Virus record (IMG/VR): IMGVR_UViG_3300044611_001018
DNA length: 64,000 bases
Source of the DNA: a virus
Taxonomy: Duplodnaviria > Caudoviricetes
Strand: one strand, 5' to 3'
Shown here: one piece after another, positions 20,018 through 28,146 of the stretch
Numbering within the stretch: position 1 is the first letter of the stretch
Layout: every line of letters starts with the position of its first letter
The notes under the pieces: generated by a model
What the model was told of the DNA's origin: nothing
Database searches by the model: none
The model's input: the letters and a program-made list of their open reading frames with translations, nothing else
Made by a program: the position numbers and the translations under genes

Positions 20018-20565
20018 TCATCAATATATCCAGTTTCTTTCAACATTTCCACTGCCTCATCAAAAGACTTATAAAGAATTTGCAAACAAATTGCTTTACG
20101 ATCAGGAAGACCTGCTTCCATTGGAAATACCGAGTGTGGTTTAGATACATCAAGCAAATAAGCATCTCCAGGATGTGCCATAAACCTGACAGACTTTCTC
20201 AAATAACCCTCATGAAAGATTGCTCCGTCTGTTTGATTTGCGACTTTAGTTGTAGGTGTTTCTCCTGGAGGATAATAGAACTGTGTTACACATCTATCAG
20301 TCTTAATATAAAAGTTTACAATAGCCTCAATATTACTATCAGTATGTGGAGGAATTTTATAATTCAGCTCCATTAATGACAGAGTACAATTATCTCTATA
20401 AGATTCTGGTATTACTTGAAGCAAATCAGTTTCATTCTCTGATTTAATATATGAATATTTAATACCAGCAAATCCATATGGAGTATCCATTCCATATTCT
20501 ATTTTTCTACCAGTCTTATTATAGTTGTTTATAAAAAACTGCTTGTTTAATTTACGAAAAAACAT
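20014..20565 (-). CDS. Putative 2OG-Fe(II)/cupin oxygenase
   Basis: IPPHTD (HxD)...YLLDVSKPHSV...RKAICLQ. Confidence 0.6.
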   Translation of the reverse strand: MFFRKLNKQFFINNYNKTGRKIEYGMDTPYGFAGIKYSYIKSENETDLLQVIPESYRDNCTLSLMELNYKIPPHTDSNIEAIVNFYIKTDRCVTQFYYPPGETPTTKVANQTDGAIFHEGYLRKSVRFMAHPGDAYLLDVSKPHSVFPMEAGLPDRKAICLQILYKSFDEAVEMLKETGYIDE

Positions 20566-21027
20566 TTAAAAATCTCCTTTTGTTTGACCACAATCAAATA
20601 CCCATATACCCCTTTTCACCCACATATCAACAACTCTTTTACGGTCTTCAAAAACACACAATATATTATACTTCTTTTCCAAAAAATCCACAAACTCACC
20701 CTTTACTACAGAATCATCTCTACGGTCATTCTGTTTTCTCATATACAATTCATCATATTCAATTGCATTTTTATTTAACCACAATTCAGTTTCATCCTTA
20801 TAATTATCCGTTCTTCCAGTAAGAATGACCATTTTTAATTTGGAATATGTATTTTTCAAAGACTTAAAAACAACTCCAACAGGAACATTTATACTGTCTT
20901 GTAGAATACCAGCATTCCAAGCATCCCAATTTCTTGGGTGAGTTGCAATAAATTGCTGTCTATGTTTTACATTGCATAATGTGCCATCTAAATCAAAAAT
21001 TACACAAGGATTACGAAGTTTATTCAT
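20566..21027 (-). CDS. HAD-family phosphatase resembling the 3'-phosphatase domain of T4 PseT (no kinase domain)
   Basis: IFDLDGTL, LTGR, LYMRKQNDRRDDSVVK, FEDRKRVVDMW; start revised. Confidence 0.85.
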   Translation of the reverse strand: MNKLRNPCVIFDLDGTLCNVKHRQQFIATHPRNWDAWNAGILQDSINVPVGVVFKSLKNTYSKLKMVILTGRTDNYKDETELWLNKNAIEYDELYMRKQNDRRDDSVVKGEFVDFLEKKYNILCVFEDRKRVVDMWVKRGIWVFDCGQTKGDF

Positions 21028-21496
21028 ATGAATATTCTCTCCACTCAGGAACATTACAATTAGCAAGATCAAACGCAACTTTATTCCAAGGTGCTCTTGG
21101 TTGACGAATCAATCTCATATTAGTATGTTCTAATAATTTATTTCCTTTTTTAGTATTACAAGAAGAACATGCAACCACTAAATTTTCCCAAGAGTCATCT
21201 CCACCTTTACTACGAGGGAGCACATGGTCTATGGTCAGTCTAGTAGTAGAACCGCAATATTGACAAGTATTACGATCTCTTTTATAAACCATTGCTCTAG
21301 ATGGTTTACATTTTGCAGCATAATTAATTGGAACTTTAATATAATTTAGTAATCGAATAACTCTTTCAGATATAACCTGAACTTTTTCTTTTAGAACTAA
21401 AATTACAGCTCGTCTCCAATTAGTAAAATTAATTGGTTCGTAACTAGAATTTAAAACTAAAATTGTTTGGTATGGTTTAATTTTTAAGTGTTCCAT
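21020..21496 (-). CDS. HNH endonuclease (McrA-like)
   Basis: LVLNSSYEP, RDRNTCQYCG...TIDHVLPRSKGG...WENLVVACSSCNTKKGN. Confidence 0.92.
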   Translation of the reverse strand: MEHLKIKPYQTILVLNSSYEPINFTNWRRAVILVLKEKVQVISERVIRLLNYIKVPINYAAKCKPSRAMVYKRDRNTCQYCGSTTRLTIDHVLPRSKGGDDSWENLVVACSSCNTKKGNKLLEHTNMRLIRQPRAPWNKVAFDLANCNVPEWREYSYE

Positions 21497-21501
21497 AGAA
21501 G

Positions 21502-22242
21502 TTAACTTTTTTTCTGCAAGTATGCTTCCGATTTAATATAAAACATGTGCCCACTATCAAACCTAACTACCACACCTTCGGCATCTTGTTGATTTTTAAT
21601 TTCATCAATATATTGAGAAATTTCATAGTAGTTGACACACATTTTATTTACCACAGGAATTTTTAAATTAACTGCAAGTTTGCGAAGGAACATATATTTG
21701 CAATACACTCCTGTTTTAATATTACGCAATCCAGTTAATACTAAGTTTTCTTCTGGATATTCTACCACAATTTTATCGTTTGGAGAACACCACTCAAAAA
21801 TGGGCGTACAGTTTTTTGCTAAGCATATTTTTATAAACTCATTATAATAAGTTTTATTTGCTATAAAAACTTCAGCATTGAATGATGTAGAATTAATTCC
21901 ATTTTTTGTAGTTAGTCTGTATCCGTAAGGGGTCGGAACAGGATATACCATTACACCATCTAATTTTTCCAAAAAAACATTAAGATTTTTAAGTTTTTTT
22001 ATAATCTTATCGAAATTAGTTTCAAAACTTTGGTCTAACGTAAATGCTTGATGGTATGGTCTAGCAATTATATTACCTTCAAGATTAAATGCAAGTCCTC
22101 TTATTTCTCTCAACAAAGGAGTTTCGCTACTACTACAATTTACTATGCAAAACTCATCTTGATTGATGATGTTATGATCTTCTTTTTTTAGTTCTTTAAG
22201 TATTTGAGAAATATTGTAGATTACAGGAAAAGAATAATCCAT
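21502..22242 (-). CDS. rnlA: RNA ligase 1 (T4 RnlA-like) nucleotidyltransferase domain
   Basis: EIRGLAF...ARPYH, EKLDG (motif I Lys), FEWCSP, LTGLRN, EGVVVRF, YIKS. Confidence 0.8.
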   Translation of the reverse strand: MDYSFPVIYNISQILKELKKEDHNIINQDEFCIVNCSSSETPLLREIRGLAFNLEGNIIARPYHQAFTLDQSFETNFDKIIKKLKNLNVFLEKLDGVMVYPVPTPYGYRLTTKNGINSTSFNAEVFIANKTYYNEFIKICLAKNCTPIFEWCSPNDKIVVEYPEENLVLTGLRNIKTGVYCKYMFLRKLAVNLKIPVVNKMCVNYYEISQYIDEIKNQQDAEGVVVRFDSGHMFYIKSEAYLQKKS

Positions 22243-22686
22243 ACTCAGTCATAAACATTTTGCTCTTGTTGTATTCTATCTAAATGATGATAGATATTTT
22301 CTTTTGAATATTGAAATTCTGAAAATCTTCTAGGATTGTTTTTTTCCATTTTATGAAGCATATTAATCCAATCATATCTTTTGTCTACAACCCACCCGTA
22401 ACGACGTTCGTCGTGCATCATGTCAAAGATAGAATGCATTGTTCAATATAGTAGATATTATCAATTATATCATCGATACATTCGGTCTGACAAGTCCAAA
22501 TCAAACAAAATTTCTTCAATCGTATTTTTGTTGCCGACAGTAGCATTCATAATATCATTCTTTTGTTTATGTTTTCTAATTTCAGAAATTAAATTTGGAT
22601 GATATTTTAACCAATCATATTCATCTTCTGTTAAGTCTGATATTCTTTTTTTATTAATTTTTTGAGTTATACTTGCGTATTTAATT

Positions 22687-23340
22687 CTATCTTCTGCGTT
22701 CATAGTAATCTACTTTTGAAGGATGCATAAAATCAACCACAATTACACACCTATAGTATTCTTTTGCCACAATAGGTGGTGGCATAACTGGTTGATGATT
22801 AACATGAGAATGATGTATTAATAAAGAATTTTCATCTCCTGGAATGATGATTTCTCTATCTTTATTCTCAATTAGAGTTCCATATATTCTAGAGGGATTT
22901 TTAAGATAATAAATCATACCAAGATCAAAATTATCATGACTATGACTATTACCATAGTTTATATACAATTCATTCCCATAGTTCTCCTCTGTTGTCCCCC
23001 TCATCCGTTTTGCCCAATATGATTGGACTTTATACTCTTTTATTCTTGGGTCATTAGTGATTTCTGAATAAGTATAAAGATGTTTTTTAACTAATTTAAA
23101 AAAGTTTGTCCAACTTTTTTTATACCACAACTTACGTTGAGACAATCTATTAGTTGCTTCAACAGATAAATCCCATTTATCTTCACAAACTTCTAATTCA
23201 TTATCAATCTCTTCTAAGAGATTTTTCATATCATATTTACTTAGAAGATTATATGCCCTGTAGATTTCATTGCCACAAAAATCAAAGTGCTCTACATCTC
23301 TAGGATCTTCTGGATAGACTGGACCAATATCAAGTGTCAT
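22687..23340 (-). CDS. Putative 2OG-Fe(II) oxygenase (HxH type)
   Basis: SYW...NSHSH...GMIYYL...HQP. Confidence 0.55.
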   Translation of the reverse strand: MTLDIGPVYPEDPRDVEHFDFCGNEIYRAYNLLSKYDMKNLLEEIDNELEVCEDKWDLSVEATNRLSQRKLWYKKSWTNFFKLVKKHLYTYSEITNDPRIKEYKVQSYWAKRMRGTTEENYGNELYINYGNSHSHDNFDLGMIYYLKNPSRIYGTLIENKDREIIIPGDENSLLIHHSHVNHQPVMPPPIVAKEYYRCVIVVDFMHPSKVDYYERRR

Positions 23341-24148
23341 ATAACTTTTTCCAATAACTTACTGGTAAGAGTGGATTTTTAGGAATAAAATACTCTTCTT
23401 TGGCAGGACACATAGAGCAATAAGATTCTTCCTTACGAGTAAAAAAGTCTTTTAATTCTTCATCCGTACAGGTATGCTCTAATGGTGTATATTTAAGATA
23501 TGGTTCCCACTTTTCAGATAGATTATATTTATTTGCTTGCATTGGAAGATATGCAAGAGCGGGACACTTCCAAAGTTTTCCTTCATGCAATTGAACACAC
23601 AACTTTGATACACAATACTTCCAACTTAACTTTGGATTATCATCTTCAAATGGTTCCATTTTATCACCAAACCCTTTATATTGTCTAATCCAATGAATAA
23701 TTGATGGACGCATTTCAACTGGCGCTCCTTTTGCAATCCATTCTCTCATTAGATTATAAACTGGTTCAAACTTCTGCCTATATTCTGGGTCACCATCAGA
23801 ATGAACAGATACACCAAGAGTTGTTCTTGTTTTTTTTAATGCTTCCCAAAGATTTGGATGTTTATACAGATAAAATCCATTAGAAATTAAATCCAAATAT
23901 GAATTTGACCACTTTTCTCTTGCCAAATATACAAATTCAGTCAAATCTGGATGTAAAGCAGGCTCTCCACCCATCAATGTGAACCTTTGAGGTATGATTC
24001 TTTTACTCCAGTTTTCCATCCACTCTGATGCCTGTTCAAGAGATACAGAACCAGAGTGACCTTGATTCATATAATGAGTGCATCCCTCACAAGTTAAATT
24101 GCAAGAGTGAGTAACGTGTAATTGTATCTCGTGAGGTACTTTTAACAT
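23330..24148 (-). CDS. Radical SAM protein, paralog of 19166..20017
   Basis: CNLTCEGC, MGGEPAL, QLHEGKLWKCPALAYLPMQ, CSMCP. Confidence 0.9.
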   Translation of the reverse strand: MLKVPHEIQLHVTHSCNLTCEGCTHYMNQGHSGSVSLEQASEWMENWSKRIIPQRFTLMGGEPALHPDLTEFVYLAREKWSNSYLDLISNGFYLYKHPNLWEALKKTRTTLGVSVHSDGDPEYRQKFEPVYNLMREWIAKGAPVEMRPSIIHWIRQYKGFGDKMEPFEDDNPKLSWKYCVSKLCVQLHEGKLWKCPALAYLPMQANKYNLSEKWEPYLKYTPLEHTCTDEELKDFFTRKEESYCSMCPAKEEYFIPKNPLLPVSYWKKLYDT

Positions 24149-24332
24149 ATCAGTTAAATTCTTCTATTCTTTTTAGGTCCAAGTATGTAAGTATTTCTTT
24201 CCTCCATTCCATCAACTCATAATAACACTGTTGCTCATGGGCAATTTCACGCAACTCATAATCTGGTTTTAAGACGCTCTCATAAAAAAGATTAAATGCA
24301 TCGCGCCTTTTTTGATGTTTTTCCATAATTTC

Positions 24333-24818
24333 CTACTTGGTTCTTAACCCACCAACAAGAACTCTTTTAGATTCAGAGTATTCTGCAGAATGAGGTATGT
24401 GAGAAGAAAATAGTAACACTTTATTTTTTTCTGGAATAATCTTATATTGATTATCATCAATATAAATCATGGTTTCACCATCATTACAAGAATTTAAGTA
24501 AAGTATAAAACTATAATCTTCATTGTGGTTGTGCTTATGCACATTCATTTTACCACCATTTTGATAATCAATCATATGAATATAAAAATATTTTAATTTT
24601 AAATTTAAAATATCCTCACACAATAATTTAACTTTATCAATATAGTTATAAAAGATTTTTGAGTTAATATTATCCAAAAGATTTAACGTGTAAAAACAAT
24701 TTCCACTTAAAGAACTTTGTTTTTTATCCTTAAAAGTCTCTGGATAATTAGAAACAAAATTAAGTAGAAGATTGAAGTAATCACTTACCTCATCTTCTAC
24801 AAAAAACTCTTTAAACAT
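24333..24818 (-). CDS. Putative 2OG-Fe(II) oxygenase (HxH type)
   Basis: MNVHKH...FILYLN...GET...LLFSSHIPHSA...RVLVG; start revised to MFKEFF. Confidence 0.7.
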   Translation of the reverse strand: MFKEFFVEDEVSDYFNLLLNFVSNYPETFKDKKQSSLSGNCFYTLNLLDNINSKIFYNYIDKVKLLCEDILNLKLKYFYIHMIDYQNGGKMNVHKHNHNEDYSFILYLNSCNDGETMIYIDDNQYKIIPEKNKVLLFSSHIPHSAEYSESKRVLVGGLRTK

Positions 24819-25555
24819 CAACCATTCCAACAAATTCAATATCTTCAAATTGATCTGATGTAATTTCGTGAGGTCCAATACGATACCAATATTCACCTTC
24901 CTTCTCACCAAGATATTCAATATCATCACATTGATGCTCACGCAACCATGCTTGAAGACGTTGATGCTTAAGTTCAGATTGTGAAATCTTCATCGGAATA
25001 AACCTCCTTGTATTTTTCAATAAGACGATCTCTCATGTCATGATATGGAGTGAGATCCAAGTCATACTCATCACCAAAATTCCAATCTTCACCATATCTG
25101 ATAGCGCAGATAGCTGCCTGAATCATTGTTTTCAGTCCTTCTCTGTCAACTGTAATTTTAACCAAAGCAGTTGGGTCTGAAGTTGGTTCCATTTTCATTT
25201 TTCAATTCTCCAATTAGGATCTGATACTTTATCTACCCAAAAATAACAAGTTTTATTTAATGATTCGACATAATATCGGTCATTATCTTCATTTTTAACT
25301 CTACAAGAATGGAATTGTAGCATATCAAGAGTAAACTGAGTTTTTGCTTCCTTACTGATTGGAGTCAGACAAATAAATTTTGTTTTCATTTTACAAATAC
25401 CGTTCCAGATTGAGGTTGTGTGCGATGTTTTTTAATAAAATTGTGAGCTGAGTTGACAGTTCTACAAACTTGCAGTTGCTCTCCATTATAGATGATCATA
25501 AGTTGATTTCCAAATGGAACTGCGGCATAACCGTCATTTGTAATAAATCCTTCTT

Positions 25556-26794
25556 TCATCGTTTAATAGTAGCAATAGCAGGTTGACCTTCAACAAACAC
25601 AGTATCTACAACGTTCTGAAGGCGTTTGACCGTTGCAATGCCCACGTTGTTGTAAACGGGAACATGAACAAAACCAAAAGATTTGGTGTACTCCTGGAGA
25701 TTACCAGGAGTAAGAGTGCCTTGTTGAATACGCTTTACATCATCAAGATGAAGACGAATCACACGACCAACAGATTGGCACATCTCAATAACATTCATTT
25801 GACGCATCATAATCAAAGAAGTAAGACCAGGAACAGAGATACCTTCACTCAGAATAGAATAGTGCAGAACAATAAACTTTTTGTCAGGATCTGCACCATA
25901 CTCACGTACAAGATTAAAAAACTGCTCACGGGTAATTTTCTGGTCATTAAGGAATGCACCATGCTTGCTGGTAATCCAAAGGAGATCGTATCCCATGGAT
26001 TGAACTTCCTCCATAAAGGCAGTCTCAGCAAGCATACGGATCATCACTTTGGTATTAGGAGCAGCGATTAGAACCTTCTCCATGTGCTCTTCATTGGATA
26101 GGGTATCCAGAAGGGTCATACAGTCCCTCTCTGCCGCTTCCTCGCCCTTCAAACGAATGCTACCGACATTGATGGCGTTAATCTTAGGAGGAAGAATGGA
26201 ACCGTTACTAACAAGACGCGGAGCAGGAACATTGTAAATAATGCCACCGTAGACACTAGCATCATTCATTCCAGGTTTTGAAGCAGTGGCAGAATACTTA
26301 GGAGTAGCAGTGAAGAAATAACTGCGGTTAGCAACAGAAGAGAAATACTTGACGGAAGAGAAATAACTTTTTTTAACTGAATTGTGCGCTTCATCATAGT
26401 AAATCGTATCTACAGCAATGTTTGCTTCCTGAATGCGATGCAGAGACTGATAAGTAGTAAAGATCAACTTATTACCTTTAGTGTGATAGCACCAGGAAAA
26501 GATTTGATTTGGTTTAGTCGTTGTAAAGTAAGGAAGATCGCCACCAGAATGAACATGCATAATGGATGCATTGGTGATGTGCTCAGTAAACTCAGCAGAC
26601 AACTGACGAGCGAGCATCAACCTAGGAGCAACGACTACAATAGTTTTGTCACCAGTCATAAACTGACGAACAGCATCCATAATAGCAATCAGGGACTTAC
26701 CACCGCCAGTGGGAACCACAATCATCCCCTTAAGGATGCGGTCCATGATGTCAAGTGCTTCGGATTGATGAGGACGGAGTTGCATGGGTGTCAT
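25556..26794 (-). CDS. Superfamily-2 (DExH) helicase/ATPase, type III-restriction Res-like
   Basis: LRPHQ, PTGGGKS (Walker A), DEAH, TAT, LSEGISVP, QSVGRVIR. Start revised because the -10 box overlaps the ORF-track start. Confidence 0.88.
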   Translation of the reverse strand: MTPMQLRPHQSEALDIMDRILKGMIVVPTGGGKSLIAIMDAVRQFMTGDKTIVVVAPRLMLARQLSAEFTEHITNASIMHVHSGGDLPYFTTTKPNQIFSWCYHTKGNKLIFTTYQSLHRIQEANIAVDTIYYDEAHNSVKKSYFSSVKYFSSVANRSYFFTATPKYSATASKPGMNDASVYGGIIYNVPAPRLVSNGSILPPKINAINVGSIRLKGEEAAERDCMTLLDTLSNEEHMEKVLIAAPNTKVMIRMLAETAFMEEVQSMGYDLLWITSKHGAFLNDQKITREQFFNLVREYGADPDKKFIVLHYSILSEGISVPGLTSLIMMRQMNVIEMCQSVGRVIRLHLDDVKRIQQGTLTPGNLQEYTKSFGFVHVPVYNNVGIATVKRLQNVVDTVFVEGQPAIATIKR

Positions 26795-26806
26795 AACGAT
26801 AGAAAT

Positions 26807-26864
26807 ATTATACAGCAAAAGTTACCAACCATCATCGGGAGAGTGGTCAGTTAAAAAATTGGTC
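26807..26864 (-). promoter_or_regulatory. Early-type promoter upstream of the helicase
   Basis: GACCAATTTTTTAACTGACCAC; AACTG lies 40 nt before TTTTGCTG-TATAAT. Confidence 0.7.
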
Positions 26865-27266
26865 TAAGGTGGGATGACCTATTGTACCATCAAATCGGTA
26901 ATGATATTCAAGTGCATCTGAACAAACATAATGTGGATGAGTTGTGGGAATTCCAAGTCTCTTACATAATTCACGATGATTATCCTCCATTAACTCAACA
27001 GCATACAACATATTGTTTATTACATGGTCCTCATCATGATATCTGCATAATTTATTTTTTAATTCTACTATAAAATTACCATTTCCAGCAGAATTATCAA
27101 GGAATTTTGAATCGGGATTTTTGAACAAACTTTGATCCATACACTCAATCAATTCATTAACCAAATCTGGTGGAGTAAAAACTTCTCCAGTCTCAGAAAT
27201 TCTCTGGTCTGACCTTTCAACTTCAGACCCTAAAGACTCATTATGTTTATTTTTATTGGATGACAT
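26847..27266 (-). CDS. SAM-binding half of an N6-adenine DNA methyltransferase (motifs X, I, II, III)
   Basis: ETGEVFTP, FLDNSAGNGNF, YAVEL, VCSDAL; no NPPY. Confidence 0.8.
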   Translation of the reverse strand: MSSNKNKHNESLGSEVERSDQRISETGEVFTPPDLVNELIECMDQSLFKNPDSKFLDNSAGNGNFIVELKNKLCRYHDEDHVINNMLYAVELMEDNHRELCKRLGIPTTHPHYVCSDALEYHYRFDGTIGHPTLDQFFN

Positions 27267-28101
27267 TTTTATCTCTCAAATACTCTATTTCTTCAGATGT
27301 AAAATCAAATTGTTGATGCACATCATTAAAATCCTTTATAAGAGGAACTTCTGCATTTTTAACTGCTGCAGCGAATCCAGCAGTAGTTTTATAGTTTTCA
27401 ACAAACAACTTAATTAAAGGAATATCAAATATAGTTGATAATAATTTACCTCCCTCTTCATCTTTGATAGGGCACCATGAGTTTAACATACCGATGTATC
27501 CATTTGTGATAAATCTGTCAGTATATGAACAAGAATATGGCACTACAAATTTTAGTAAGTCTCCCGTAGTCGGAAGAACATTAGTTCTTTTTATATTTTT
27601 TCCTGAGGCGTAAACTTCGTACTTTCCATCATCACAGTACTCATCTTTTGGAATGTCCTGCCCAATCTTAAGAGGTATCCTTGGATGATTTGAATTTGCA
27701 ATTTTATTAAAAATAGCATGTAATAATTTTTCTTCTCCAAACAAAGGGAGTCCATCTCTCAAATCCAAATAATGGATTCCAGTCTCATGTATAACTTTTG
27801 TAACTCCTTTATATGGTTCTTTTTTTAAAATCCATGAACAAATAGACACACCTTCAGTAAAATACTTATCGGAAGTATAATCAATTTGAATTAGGTTATA
27901 AATTGTTTGACATTTTTGAAAGAACTTTTTGCCAAATCCAGTTGTTCCAATAAAAGATGATGGCGTAACCTTTGCCATGGTTGCGCCATTTTGAAGAAGA
28001 TTGATGTCCAATTCAATAAACTTATACCAAAGTTTATTATTTTTTGCTTTATTATTATCTTGATATGGTGGGTTTGATAATATAGTAAAATTCATAACCA
28101 C
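27253..28101 (-). CDS. Catalytic/TRD half of an N6-adenine DNA methyltransferase (Eco57I/TaqI-like)
   Basis: ILSNPPYQ at the extreme N-terminus, LWYKFIE, VTPSSF, C-terminal FDFTSEEIEYL; no motif I. Confidence 0.75.
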   Translation of the reverse strand: MVMNFTILSNPPYQDNNKAKNNKLWYKFIELDINLLQNGATMAKVTPSSFIGTTGFGKKFFQKCQTIYNLIQIDYTSDKYFTEGVSICSWILKKEPYKGVTKVIHETGIHYLDLRDGLPLFGEEKLLHAIFNKIANSNHPRIPLKIGQDIPKDEYCDDGKYEVYASGKNIKRTNVLPTTGDLLKFVVPYSCSYTDRFITNGYIGMLNSWCPIKDEEGGKLLSTIFDIPLIKLFVENYKTTAGFAAAVKNAEVPLIKDFNDVHQQFDFTSEEIEYLRDKNVIQ

Positions 28102-28117
28102 TTACAATCATAATCAG

Positions 28118-28146
28118 ATATTACTAGGTGTTTTTTAATTTGTCAA
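28118..28146 (-). promoter_or_regulatory. Sigma70-type promoter for the methyltransferase pair
   Basis: TTGACA-N17-TAATAT, inside the 3' end of the fibre gene. Confidence 0.55.

Noticed and set aside
21020-21496. HNH as part of a group I intron
   Set aside because: It lies between two separate, complete-looking genes with almost no flanking non-coding RNA.
25556-26794. Helicase as UvsW or gp41
   Set aside because: It is SF2 with DEAH but sits outside the core replication block and lacks recognisable UvsW or DnaB-family features.
26847-28101. Split MTase (and split carbamoyltransferase at 60334..62033) as assembly frameshifts or pseudogenes
   Set aside because: The halves are in reverse order relative to the intact enzymes, each has its own start and intact motifs, and the breaks fall at domain boundaries.
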